DNA of 64,000 bases from contig JBHGNT010000021.1 in the NCBI GenBank assembly GCA_043228905.1, forward strand, positions 5,580,001 to 5,644,000, written 5' to 3'. How positions within the stretch are numbered: the stretch's first letter is position 1; every line of letters starts with the position of its first letter. The stretch is from Azolla caroliniana (Eukaryota > Plantae > Polypodiophyta). A program made the translations under genes and the position numbers. The notes under the pieces were generated by a model. The model was given only the letters and a program-made list of their open reading frames with translations. It made no database searches and was not told where the DNA came from. This document shows, in pieces, positions 51,501 to 64,000 of the stretch.

Positions 51501-53570
51501 CATGTGTTGCTAACCAATGAGGGGGAGTCTGAAAGCTTCGAAGAAGCAAAGAGAGACATTCACAGCCGCAAGTGGTTGAGTGCCATGCAGGATGAGATGG
51601 ATTCCTTGCATGAGAACCACACGTATGAACTGACAGAATTGCCAAAAGGAAAGAGGGCACTTCAGGACAAGTGGGTGTACAAACTGAAACTGGGAGACGC
51701 CGAAATCCACCAAGGTATAAAGCCCGGATTGTGGTGAAGGGTTTCCAGCAAAAGAAAGGAGCGGACTTCGATGAGATCTTTTCCCCGGTAGTAAAGATGA
51801 CATCCAATCGGACAATATTGGGGAGAGCGACAAGCATGGACCTCGAGGTAGGACAACTGGATGTCAAGACGACATTCCTACATGGCGACCTCGAAGAAGA
51901 GATCTACATGCATCAACCGGAAGGATTTGAGAAGAACGGGAAGGAGCACCTGGTGTGCCAGCTGAAGAAGAGTTTATACGGATTGAAGCAAGCTCCCCAG
52001 CAATGGTACCGGAAGTTCAACTCTTTCATGAACGACCAAGGGTACCACAAGACGCAGGCCGATCATTGCGTGTTTGTGAAGAAATTTGACAAAGGAGATT
52101 TCTTGATACTCCTCCTATATGTGGATGATATGTTGATCGTCGAACGAGACCAAGGCAAGATTCAGATGTTGAAGAAGGCTTTGAACCAGACCTTCTCAAT
52201 GAAAGACTTGGGTCTAGCAAGACAGATATTGGGAATGCACATCATCCGGGACCGATCGAAGAAGCTGTTGTGGTTGTCACTGGAGAAGTACGTGACAAAG
52301 GTGCTCCAACGACTCAATATGTTGGAGGCGAAACCGGTCGGATCGACACTTCCGGCAAACTGCAAGCTATCCGGAAAACAAAGCCTGAGGACAAAGGCGG
52401 AGAAGACGGATATGATGAAGATACCCTATGCCTTTGCCGTCGGGAGCTTGATGTACGCAATGGTATGTACCTGGCCGGATATCGGATATGCAGTTGGAGT
52501 GGTGAGCCGGTTCATGAGCAATCCCGGAAGAGAGCACTAGAATGCGGTCAAGTGGATACTCCGGTATTTGAAAGGAACCTCGAGTATGTGCCTTCGGTTC
52601 AGCTCCGGTAATCCCCAACTTGACAGATTCTCAGATTTGGATATGTTGGTTGATGCGAATACCAGCCGGTTTACATCCAGATATGTCATGACTTATGCAG
52701 GGGGACTTGTTTCGGTTGGGTTGTCAACCACGGAGGCGGAGTACATGGCAGTTGTAGAAGCCGGCCAAGAGATAATCTAGATGAAGGACTTCATCGGAGA
52801 GCTAGGGATCCAACAGGAGGAATACCGGCTCTACTGTGACAGTCAAAGTGCCATCCACCTTGCAAAGAATGAAGTCTACCATTCCCGGACGAAACACATC
52901 CAACGGAGATGCCACTGGATATGGGAGAGAGTAGAAGATCAAGAGTTCGTGCTGACAAAGATCCACACAGAGGAGAACAGGTCAAATATGTTGACCAAGG
53001 TGTTGACGACCGACAAGTTGGACGCATGACGAAAGCGGATCGGGTTGAGGAGACATCCCATGCCGGAGTGAAGGGGGAGATTGTTGGGAAGTCGGTCCCT
53101 CCGGATGGGATCCAGTTATGAATGAAGAGGTCCCGGTGAGAACCAGAAGAGATCCGGAAACCGGATCGGATGGACCGGTGAGAACTAGAAGGGAAGACAT
53201 ATTTGTAAATAGCCCTAAGTTCATATAAGTATAAATATGACTTAGGGCAATCACTTTATAAGTGATGTGGTCATATTGTTGTTGATACAAACAACTATTG
53301 TATAGAGAGAGAGGAGATATAGAGTTATACTCTGTTGTAACCGCCGGTTGGTGAAGTACAGAGCTCGAGGTTGTTGCCTCTGAGTCTCTGATTGTATCTT
53401 TCCTATATATAGTGATAGCTTGGAGTCTGTAGGCTCCCATGGTTTTTCCCATTAGGATTTTCCACGTAAACATTCTGTGTACTCTCTACTTCCCATTTCT
53501 GTGTTTCATTCTCATGGAAGTGATTCATTACTCGGTCATGGTTGAGCTATATTCCGCGCTATTCTCTTCA
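48536..53570 (+). mobile_element. Degenerate Tnt1/Tork-like Ty1/copia element
   Basis: The 5' LTR remnant is 48536-48996, followed by PBS TGGTATCAGAG at 49000 and gag from 49026. Protease WVVDS, integrase, RT LLLYVDDML and RNase H are present. PPT GTGAAGGGGGAGA precedes the 3' LTR at 53082-53570. Confidence 0.93.
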
Positions 53571-56500
53571 AGCCAGAAGTTGTGGGTCTCACCACTGAAG
53601 ACGAAGGATCAGGTACTATCCGTCTTCAAGGAATTCAACGCGAGAGTGGAAAGGGAAATTGGTCAGAAGCAGAAAACAGTTCGAGCAGACAACGGAGGTA
53701 AATATCGGGGGCAGTTCGAGGAGTACTGTCGGTCGAAAGGAATATGGATTGAATTCACTGTGTTGAAGACACCAGAGTTTAACAGATTGGCCGAAAGGAT
53801 GAACCGGACTGTGATGGAGAGAGTCTGGAGCATGTTAGCACATGTTAAGCTGTCCAAGATATTTTGGGTTGAGGCGCTGATGACAACGACTTACGTGATA
53901 AATTGATCACCCTTGGACGAAGACACACCATAAAGAGTATGGACCGGTAAAGACATGTCTTATCGGCATCTGAAGGTGTTTGGTTGTCTCGCCTATGTGC
54001 ATGTTGCAAAGGATAAGAGTGCGAAATTGGACCCGAAGTCCCGGCCATGCATATTTCTTGGATATGATGATGATGAGTTTGGCTACTGAGTGTGGGACTT
54101 GGCCGACAAGAAGGTCTTTCGGAGTCGAGACATAGTCTTCATGGAAGACAAGAACATTGTCGACTAGGAGTCAGAGAAGAAGATAGACTCTAGGTCGACC
54201 GACAGAGATCAGTCGGAAGATACAAGGACCCATCCGGCCAGAATCTGGATGACACTCAAAGAACCGGCCGGAGTCAGACAAAAATCCAAACCGACCAAAG
54301 AAGAAGATTTGGACACCAGAACCGGACAAGACCCTGAATCAAATTCGGATGAAGAACAAACGGAGGAACCGGTGGCCGAAAACCAAGAACAAAGATATCC
54401 TCTTAGGGAGAGAAGAGCCCCCGGAGATTTCCGGATGCAGAGCATGTGTTGCTGACCAACGATGGGGAATCGGAAAGCTTCGAAGAAGCAAAGAAAGACA
54501 CCCACGACCACAAGTGGTTAAGTGCCATGCAAGATGAGATGGATTCCCTACATGAGAACCACACATATGAGTTGACAGAGTTATTGAAGGGAAAGAGAGT
54601 GCTCATGAACAAGTGGGTGTACAAGGTGAAACCGGAACATGCCAAAAATCCACCAGGTAGAAATCCCGCATTGTGGTGAAGGGCTTCCAGCAAAAAAAGG
54701 GAGTGGATTTCGACGAGGTCTTTTCCCCGGTAGTAAAGATGACATCCATCTGGGTTGTGTTGAGCATTGTGGTAAGCATGGACCTCGAGGTCAAGCAGTT
54801 GGACGCCAAGACGGCGTTCCTGCACGGTGACCTAGAAGAAGAGATCTACATGCAATAACCGGAGGGATTCGTCAAGAAAGGGAAGGAGAACCTGGTGTGT
54901 CAGTTGAAGAAGAGTTTTATACGAACTGAAGAAAGCTCCCCGGCAATGGTACCGGAAGTTCGACTCCTTCATGACCAATCAAGGATACCACAAGATGCAA
55001 GCTGACCATTGCATGTTCGTGAAGAAATTTGATGGAGGCAACTTCTTGATACTCCTGGATGACATGTTGATCGTAGGACCAGACCGAATCAAAATCGGGA
55101 TGCTGAAGAAGGCCTTGAATCGGACCTTCTCAATGAAAGATTTGGGCCCGGCGAGACAAATCCTGGGAATGCATATAGTCCGGAACCGGACGAAGAAGCA
55201 ATTGTGGCTGTCACAAGAGAAGTACGGAACAAAGGTGCTTGAAAGGTTCAACATGTTGGATGCTAAGTCGGTCGGATCGAAACTTTTGGCAAATTGCAAG
55301 TTGTCCGGAAAGCAGAGCCTAAAGACAAAGGCAGAGAAGTCGGAGATGATGAAGATACCATATGCCTCCGCAATCGGAAACCTCATGTACGCAATGGTGT
55401 GTACCCGACTGGATATTGGATATGCAATCAGAGTGGTGAGCCGGTTCATGAGTAACCACTCTGGTTCATGAGTAATCCAAGAAGAGAACATTGGACCGGG
55501 GTCAAGTGGATACTCTGGTACCTGAAAGACACCTCGTCTATGTGCCTTCGATTCGCCTCAAGTAAACCCCAACTTGAAGGATTCACATATTCGGATAAGT
55601 CGGGTGATGTGGATACCAGCCTGTCTACATTCAGATATGTCATGACTTATGCAGGGGGAGTCATATCATGGCAGTCGAGGCTGCAAAACTCTGTTGCACT
55701 GTTGACAACGGAAGCGGAGTACATGGCGGTTGTAGAAGCTGGCAAAGAGGTAATCTGGATGAAGGACTTCATCGGAGAGCTAGGGATTCAATAGGAGGAA
55801 TTCCGGCTCTACGACGACAGTCAAAGTGTCATCCACCTCGTGAATAACGTGGTCTACCACTCCCAAACTAAGCACAGCTAGAGGAGATATCACTAGCTCC
55901 GGGAGAAGGTAGAAGATAAAGAGTTTTTCCTAACGAAGATCCATACGGAGGAAAACGAATCAGACATGTTGACCAAGGTGTTGTCAGCCGACAAGTTGGA
56001 CGTATGCTGGAGACGGCTCGGACTGATGAGACGTCCCATGCCGTAGTGAAGGGGGAGTTTGTTGGGAAATAGGTCCCTCCGGATGGGATCTGGATGTGTT
56101 GGATCGGACGAGCCGAAGGAAGGAACCGGACCGGATGGGTCCCGAAGGTATCCGGATACTGGATCAGATGGATCCGGAAGGAGTCCGCTCGGATCCGGTA
56201 TGAACCAGCAAATAGGAACATATTAGTAAATATGTTTGGACGTGACCGTTGAGGTCATATTTGTAAATAACCCCAAAGTTATATAAGTATAAATATAACT
56301 AGGGCAATACTGTTATTGTTAGTATTATCATTGTTGTTGTACAGAGATACAGAGATATAGAGAGATAGATAAATAGATAAATAGATAGTATTGTCGTCTT
56401 CGAAGGTCAAATATGACCTATGAGACCAAAAATATTACATTTCACGTGATACGTGTGAAAGTGAGTAGTGACTCTCGATGTTCAAGAACTTTACCAATGA

Positions 56501-56884
56501 ATGTTGCAATCAAGAGTGCACATTGTGGTTGTGAGAGGAATTCATGCAAGAATTAGGCGCGGTCGAAGAGATGTGGAAAGCATGGTCGAATATGATCAAA
56601 GGCAAAGCATTGTTTCAAAGTGTGATACTTAGACTTGTGAGAGAGAGACACGGAAAGTTTTCTGTTGTAACCGCCGATCGACGAAGATATAGAACTCGAG
56701 GTCGTTGCCTCCGAGTCTCCTATTGTATCCTCCCTCACATAGTGATATCTGGAGTCTGTGGGCTCCCGTGGTTTTTCCCGATTAGGGTTTTCCATGTTAA
56801 CATCTTGTGTCGTCTTATTTCTATTTTCTGTTTTCTTCCATTGAGTGATTGAGACTCAGTTGTGGCCGAGCACTATTCCTCACA
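53571..56884 (+). mobile_element. 3' half (mid-integrase to 3' LTR) of a second, related copia element
   Basis: Starts at QKLWVSPLKTKDQV (integrase) directly after the LTR, followed by RT/RNase H. PPT GTGAAGGGGGAG precedes a diverged LTR at 56060-56884. Confidence 0.9.
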
Positions 56885-57069
56885 GTAAGTTCATATAGTG
56901 TGTAAGATTCTATGAATGTATAAAAGTTAGAATATGTATGTGTAAGATTGAACAAGTGTGTATGAATGTATATGTGTGCATGAATGTGTTTGTAAGATTG
57001 TGTGGATGTGTATAATTAATAAGTGTGTGTTTGTGTATGATTATATGAATATAAGTGTGTAATTGAATG

Positions 57070-57870
57070 TGTTGGAAATCAAGCTCATACTTGGGAGGAC
57101 TTGAACACATGACATACGTGTTCATAGTTATTTGGCTTAATCATCAAGCCATTAATTGATTTGATATATATCAATAATTAGTATTACTTAATTATAGAGG
57201 TAATTGCACGTCACAATACATGCATGTAAAAGTGGTGTGCGTGCAAAATGCATGTGTGACAACTGGTGTGCATGCATAATCCCTTCACAAGTATAAAAGA
57301 ACGCTAGAGGGTCTTGTTAGTATAGTGTTTGAGTGACGCACAGTCATATGTACTAGAGCTCTTCCTCCCTATATTGTATACATCTCCTTTCATTCTTATA
57401 TTATAATAGGTTGATTCTTTTGTAAAGTTCCTAATCAAAGATCGACAAAAAATGAAATTGATGCTTATAAGCAATGGAATACAAAGGATAAGATGGTAAC
57501 TTTTATTTTGTCACAAAACATCTCAAATTCTATGATAGGACATACACAAGATTTAGAAACTTCAAGTGAAGTGTGGAATAGTCTAGAAAGATTATACACA
57601 ATGCACATCAACAACAAAAGCACAAAAGATTCAACTTTAAAATGAGTTGAACAATTTAAAAAACTCATTGTCGATGACAGTGAATGATTATATTTGGAAG
57701 ATTAAATATGTTTCAGATGCACTGGCCTCGATTTGTAGTGTTGTTGATAATGATGATCTTGTAGCATTTTGTCTATGGTTTAAGGGATGATGACAAGTGG
57801 AAGTCTTTCATCACATCATTATATGTAAGGGACACTTTGCCTAATTTTGATAAGCTTGTTTCTTTGTGTT
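57070..57870 (+). mobile_element. Old copia fragment (LTR-like segment plus gag relic)
   Basis: Starts TGTTGGAAATCAAGCTC. A gag-like WNTKDKMVTFILSQNISNSMIGH..SSEVWNSLERLY lies at about 57475-57600. Confidence 0.6.
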
Positions 57871-57949
57871 AAGTTTTTTTTTCCATAAAAAATATGCTCC
57901 ATTGGTATTAAAATTAACAATGCCAAAGGCAATATACAAATTGTACATA

Positions 57950-59000
57950 ATAGTTTCCACTCCATCAGTATATATCATCAAAAAAGGACCAAATATAAGC
58001 GATGGCATTTGGCAAGATAAGGCTAATTATAATCCATGAAAACAACTCTCAGCCTTTGCCAACAACACCTTTGATACGACAAGGTAGGCTACCACCCAAA
58101 AAAAGGGGATAGAATCAGGCACCATACTATCAATCTCCAACATGTGAAAACGGTTAATGATACATCGAAATAACCATGTTCTATAACTCTATCACCATTA
58201 CCTTCCATGAGACTATATCTGTAGTACGAAGCGTCTAAAACACATCTTCAATTGCTCCTTGTTAGGGCCTCTAAAAACCTCATGTCGCAGCCAAATTTGG
58301 CTTAATGTGGTTCCGCATATATTAAATTTCTTCACTATAACCCAACTCAACATATAGACAAATTCATGCGGTCCAAGAGAATACATATCTTGTTGGTAAT
58401 CATACTCCAAATACATTGGCTGTCCACCCTGGCTGGTAGTCTAAGAACTCCATGTTTGCATTTGGTTCCGCATATACTAAAGTTGTTCACCATCACATGG
58501 TTGTCCACTAGCTGTTGCTATTTGGCAAATGTTTTGTACATCAAGATCTTCTTCAGTTGCTGTAGTTGAAGACACGAAAACTGTGTGTTAATTTTTGTGT
58601 ATATGTGAATGTTGGTTATTGTGTATGCTTTTTATTATTATAAAGATATCATTTCATTAGAGTAAACAATATACAAGGTTTTGAACTCTATGTGATCAGT
58701 GGAGGAAACAACCATTTTGGTGCTTGAAACTGCCCGAAAGGAGTGTCATTCTTGGCGGTCACAAGTGGAGTAGTTGTCCACAAGGTAAGAAATTCATGAC
58801 GTTGACCAACTTTATCGTCACAGTCTCTAATAATACAATCCCATTGACCCTTCAAAGTATGCACCATTTCCAACCAAATACTTTTAACCAAATAAGGTGT
58901 TGAGGCTTTAACTTGATGAAAAACGAGAGAGCACCGAACCTTCCAGATGTATCATGTAATATGCAATAGTACTACTCAGTATCTCCCATAATAATTGGTT
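57950..59000 (-). mobile_element. Fragments of L1-type LINE 3' ends
   Basis: ORF 58688-58891 (IWLEMVHTLKGQW...APKWLFPP) and ORF 58213-58416 resemble L1 ORF2 C-terminal regions. They are heavily decayed. Confidence 0.5.
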
Positions 59001-61906
59001 ATTGTGTATGTTACCTTTTATGTATGTGTATGTGTAAGATGCTTGGCTATGTGTACGTGTATGTGTATGCGCGTGTTTAATCTTGACCCTAACCATACTT
59101 GGAAATCGAGGAGAAGAGTCACGCGGTGTTGCTCTACTTCTTGCATATCGATGATAGGAGGGAAGAAAGCATATTTTTATTTTTTATTTTAAAACACATG
59201 GCTATGTTACATGAAATATTGCATGTCGCAATACCTAAATGGGGATAAATTTTAGAATTGTTGCATATTGACACAATTAGTGTTGCACACATTTTGCATC
59301 GTTATGTGACGAGTATTATGTAAAATAAGGGCATTGTCGTGATATGGTGTGTCAAAGGTGGGAACACAAGCTAAAGGTGAAAAGAAAAAGAGTCTAAAAC
59401 GTAGGGAAAGAGAAACGAAATGGTCTTTGGAGATATATTTAAGAAAATATAAAGATTTGTTAATGCAACGTGAATTAAGAAATCATGCATTAAGTGCAAA
59501 TGGAGTGACCTCTTCATAAAAAAGGAGGGGAAGAGGGCACATTTTGCTTCTTCTTCTTCCACTCTGCATTTTCTCCGTTTTGGCTTTTGGGAGTTCTTGT
59601 TCATCTTCTTCATCTTAGCATATTGGAGGATTCAGGGAAAGGTTCGACAAGCTTGTTTACCGTTCATTCGAAGGGAGGACGAAGTGGCTCAAGTACTCTA
59701 CCCCAATTCAAGGCATCATAACCGTCAGTGGTAGTTACAATCTCGGCAGCCCACTCGACTCTCCATCACCAAAAGCTTCAACCCTCCCCCCTATATTATT
59801 TCCACCATCATTTCTTGTTTAGTGGTTAACGATTGTTGCCACTATTGTTATCCATCGTCCACTCGAATTGTTGTACACCTTATCTTATAAAGGGTTTTTC
59901 TTATTTAATCTAAATTTTCTTGTCCCAAAAAGGTTTCTTTGGTCTTAATCCTACTTACCGATCCTTAATCATATATTTATTATGTTAATTGCTAGTTCCA
60001 AGCCTAGCCTCGTGTGATAGTAATTTATCTATGTTAATAATTAGGTAATTAACTAAGTGTTAATCACGTATGTAATTAAGTAACGAAAGACTATGTGATA
60101 TGTGATATGTGATATGTGTGTGTGTGTGTGAAAAAGAGAGGAAGTTACACATACGAACAAAACACAATGGGGGATGATTAACATGAGTATAACTTAACAA
60201 CCTTTCTTTGTATTAATAAGCATCAAGTTACAAAAATACCCATAATGAGGTATATATACATCTCATGTGCAAGGGTGCACATGTGTGAGGAAAATATAGG
60301 TACAAGGATGGGGCAAGGATGTAAGTCCTATATATAAATGAACTTGGACGTGGGGGATCTCAAATGTATCCCACTTAAGTACTTAGTACAAAATCATATT
60401 GAAAGACTTTTGAGAATCAAGCTCAACCTAGCCTATGTGTGAACACACTCTTTGAGAATCTATGAGCACTCAAAGGTCAAAAGTCACCATAACTAATGAG
60501 TTCCATATTCCCCATGACTAATGAGTCTTCACATTCCCCAAGGTCCTAGAGAGAAAATGGTTGTTTTAGTGAGTTAATGAAGAGAGATGGTGACCTTATA
60601 TAAAGCACCCTCCTCCTACTTCATATAGTGTTGGTTGTTTCTCCTTGTAATGCTACATTTTTGTACTTAATATATTCTTTGTTAGTATACATCTTCTTCT
60701 TGAGTACTTCATTTCTCGTGTTTATCTATCTTGTGTTTCTTTCCTCTCCTCTCATCTTTTTCCACATACACACACACACACACATAACACACATCTCTTC
60801 CGCTGCACAGAATCATATCTGATTCTTTACATGGTATCAGAGCGAGGTTGGTAGCTCGACCTAGCCCATCCGCATGTGTTGTTTCCTATGCCGACATTCA
60901 AGAAGAACTGGCCCATCGCTATCATAGTGTCACTACATAGCTCGTGTTCGAAATAGAAGGAAAAGAAGAAATCTACATCAACATAATGAATACTCAAATG
61001 GGGACCACTCTCCCTAGTGAGAAGTTGGATAGAAACAACTTTGCATCTTGGGAGTACAAGATGCACCAATACCTTATCGGCCAAGGCTATTGGGGTTACA
61101 TTCAAGGAGCACAAGAAAACAAACCCGACCCGAAGGATGCCGACTACTCAACATGGGAGAAAACGGCAAGCCGAGTGATGTATTGCTTGACAACATGTGT
61201 CCATGACCACATGCTTGGCTACATTCGGGAAGCCAATACACCGAAAGAAGCTTGGGAGAATCTCAAGGAGATATTCGCCCCCAATACGATGACACGATGG
61301 CCTACTGAATGTAATCAACCGCCACAAAGAAGAGTGCCGAAAGAGAAGTGCAAGGAGTCGAAGGTGATGCAATCGAAAGTAGTCGTTATCGGGCTCACGA
61401 CCTTCAAAGACAAAGAGATTGAAGGAGTATGTGAAGCTTGTCAATTTGACAAGCAACACCGGCACCCGTACTCGAAAGAGAGGAACGTGAGCGAAGACCT
61501 AATGGATGTAATTCATTCCGATGTATGGGGACTAGCTCAGACGGTTTCATTCGGAGGATGCTGATATTATGTGACCTTTATCAATGACTTCTCCAAGCAC
61601 ACTTGGATCTATCCCATGTGGCAAAAGAGAGAAGTGTTCGGACACTTCCAAAAATTCACGATTGGAGTCGAAAAGGAAACAGGTCGACATGTATGATGCC
61701 TTCGATCAGATGGAGGCAAGGAATACTTCTGCAATGCATTCACGACTTACCTTCGACAAGAAGGAATCCGTTGAGAATTTTCGTGTCGACATACACTTGA
61801 ACAAAATGGAGTAACTGAATGCAAGAATTGGCACATATTAGAGGTAGCCAGAGCGATGATGAACGAAAAGAACTTGTCAAAGTCGTATTGGGCAGAAGCC
61901 GCCAAC

Positions 61907-63753
61907 TGTCACGGACAGACCAAGGGCAGACTAAGACGGAGCACGGATGATGAGGCTATGACGGAGCGATGACGGAATGACACAAGAGCATAAAGATAGA
62001 GATGAAGATTAAGGAGAGAAGATGGGCGAAACGAGAATAGTAGATTGATATGTCCATGACTGGCGTTGTTCACCTTGAATTCCTTCAAGGTGAACTCAAC
62101 TATTATACTAAGTGGCATGCATACTTGTTGCACGCATGTGATACAATAGAGCATGTAGGCAGTAGGTACGCATGCATGTGCCAAGTGTAAATAATACAAG
62201 GGAGAAATTATGCACATGATGCTAGCTAAAACCAACAATGAGGAAGTATATATATGATTATATGTTAGATGTGTGGTTAACACATAACACTCGATTATAA
62301 CTTGGTCATGTCAAGAGTTCGAATCTTGACATTGTCCCCCCTCCAATGATGCCTTCCCAAATCGTTTGTGGACTTTAGGGGATATTGTTGATGAAAATCT
62401 TAGATCACCTCAAAAGTATTTTGTAAATCCTAGACAAGGAGTAACCCTTCCACAAGACAAGGTATTTAACACCAACGGGCATGAGTGACCATGTGTGGTC
62501 CTCGCGTAGGACTGGAACACAAATATCAATGGGTGTGATCGACCATGTGCGGTCCTCACGGGGAGCATGAACACCAAGGGGCATGAGTGACCATGTGGGG
62601 TCCTTGCCAGGAACTGGAACGTTCCTCGCTGAGAGTTGGAACACCAACACCAACAGGCGTGAGCAACCATGTTGTCCTCACCGAGAAATGGAACACGAAC
62701 AAGTGAGCGACCATGTGGCCCTCACCGGGAACTGGAACATGAACAACAACGGGCATGAGCGACCTTGTCGGTCCTCGCCGGGATCTAGAACACGAACAAT
62801 AGTTGGAGTGAGCGACCATGTGCGGTTGTCACCGGAGACTGGAACACGAACGGGAGTGAGCGACCATGTGGCCCTCACTGGGAACAGGAACACGAACGGG
62901 AGTGAGTGGCCATGTGTGGCCCTCACCGGGAACAGGAACACGAACGGGCGTGAGCGACCATGCGGCCCTCACTGGGAACTCGAACACGAACGTGTGTGAG
63001 CGACCATGCGGCCCTCACCGGAAACTGTAACACGAACACCAACGAGAGTGAGAACTAGAACTAGAACTAGAACGGGAGTGAGCGGCCTTGTGCGGCCCTC
63101 ACCGGGAACTGAAACACGAACACAAATGGGAAAGAAACTAAAAAATAGAGACAATGATGAGGAGAAACTAAAAGGCAATGAAAATGATGAGAAGAAACTA
63201 GGAGATAGAAATGGTGAGGGAGATAGGAAATAAAGCGATGTTGATGATGGTACAGTGACGATGGTAACTCTAGAAGCAAGGTTGATGACGGAGATGGGTG
63301 ATGCTTCTAGTTGGAAGGTGAACAAACTGTCACGGACAAACCAAGGGCAGACTAAGACGGAGCACGGATGATGAGGCTATGACGGAGCGATGACGGAATG
63401 ACACAAGAGCATAAAGATAGAGATGAAGATTAAGGAGAGAAGATGGGCGAAACGAGAATAGTAGATTGATATGTCCATGACTGGCGTTGTTCACCTTGAT
63501 TTCCTTCAAGGTGAACTCAACTATTTATACTAAGTGGCATGCATACCTGTTGCACGCATGTGATACAATAGAGCATGTAGGTAGTAGGTACGCATGCATG
63601 TGCCAAGTGTTAATAATACAAGGGAGAAATTATGCACATGATGCTAGCTAAAACCTACAATGAGGAAGTATATACATGATTATATGCTAGATGTGTGGTT
63701 AACACATAACACTCGATTATAACATGGTCATGTCAAGAGTTCGAATCTTGACA
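61907..63753 (-). mobile_element. Non-autonomous LTR retrotransposon, putatively self-primed; element B (related to A)
   Basis: Highly similar LTRs at 61907-62331 and 63328-63753. TSD CCAAC/CCGAC. The PPT (minus strand GGAGGGGGGACAA) lies beside 62331. There is no coding domain, and the internal repeats are shared with A. Confidence 0.93.
62475..63120. repeat. ~45-60-bp tandem repeat array (~12 copies) inside element B
   Basis: Unit GTGAGCGACCATGTGGCCCTCACCGGGAACTGGAACACGAACGGGA. Reverse-complement copies occur in element A at about 22490-22700. Confidence 0.9.
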
Positions 63754-64000
63754 CCGACACAGCTGTCTACCTCATGAACAAGTGTACAACCTCAAGGGTG
63801 CACGAAGTAACGCCCCACGAGAAGTTTTGTGGAAAGAACCCGGATTTATCCCACGTCAAGATATTCGACTCAATTGCATATGTACAGATTCCCGAAGAGA
63901 AGCAATAGAAGCTCGATCCTAAGTTACAGAAATGTATCCTCGTAGGGAACTCTCTCAAACAAAAGGGGTACAAGTGTTAAAACCCATCTACCCAGAAAGT

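Larger units (their letters stand above)
60408..64000 (+). mobile_element. Ty1/copia element (same family as 1-3612) with an internal deletion, interrupted by element B and running off the window
   Basis: The 5' LTR is 60408-60831 and PBS TGGTATCAGAGC is at 60832-60843. Gag (KLDRNNFASWEYKM) is joined at about 61295 to the pre-integrase region, so the protease is lost. Integrase WAEAAN|TAVYLMN is split at 61907. Confidence 0.92.

Noticed and set aside
56390-56640. Extra ~250-bp segment in the third copia LTR
   Set aside because: I found no TSD or termini to classify it.
62264-62331. Bona fide tRNA genes in the LTR cassettes
   Set aside because: There is no acceptor stem and the D/anticodon arms are imperfect, so they are reported only as tRNA-like promoter cassettes.
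62405-63325. ORFs inside element B as a possible encoded protein
   Set aside because: They arise from stop-poor tandem repeats in several frames and have no gag/pol motifs.

Overview
Repeat-rich nuclear DNA from a land plant, probably a non-seed plant such as a fern or lycophyte. That guess rests on a secretory-type, intron-containing polyphenol oxidase and the retroelement families present. Two host genes are visible. One is a 9-exon CCR4-NOT subunit CNOT9/RCD1 gene (+, 4485-10815, 298 aa). The other is a 2-exon polyphenol oxidase (-, 16681-18740, 563 aa) with a probable GC-AG intron built from telomere-tipped tandem copies. The rest is nested mobile DNA: several Ty1/copia copies, a decayed tRNA-Trp-primed Ty3/gypsy with a candidate -1 frameshift pseudoknot, a young intact chromovirus with identical TG...TA LTRs nested inside it, LINE relics, hAT-type MITEs and a foldback element. 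The most striking system is a group of small non-autonomous LTR elements (21063-23204, 61907-63753, solo LTR 42364-42787). The two full elements have no tRNA primer site. Instead, an 11-nt site behind the 5' LTR is complementary to the element's own predicted transcript 5' end, with 4 compensatory changes between copies, as in Tf1-type self-priming. All their LTRs carry an outward-facing tRNA-like A/B-box cassette, and one copy contains a plastid rps19-rpl22 fragment. Everything was read by eye; no database searches were run.
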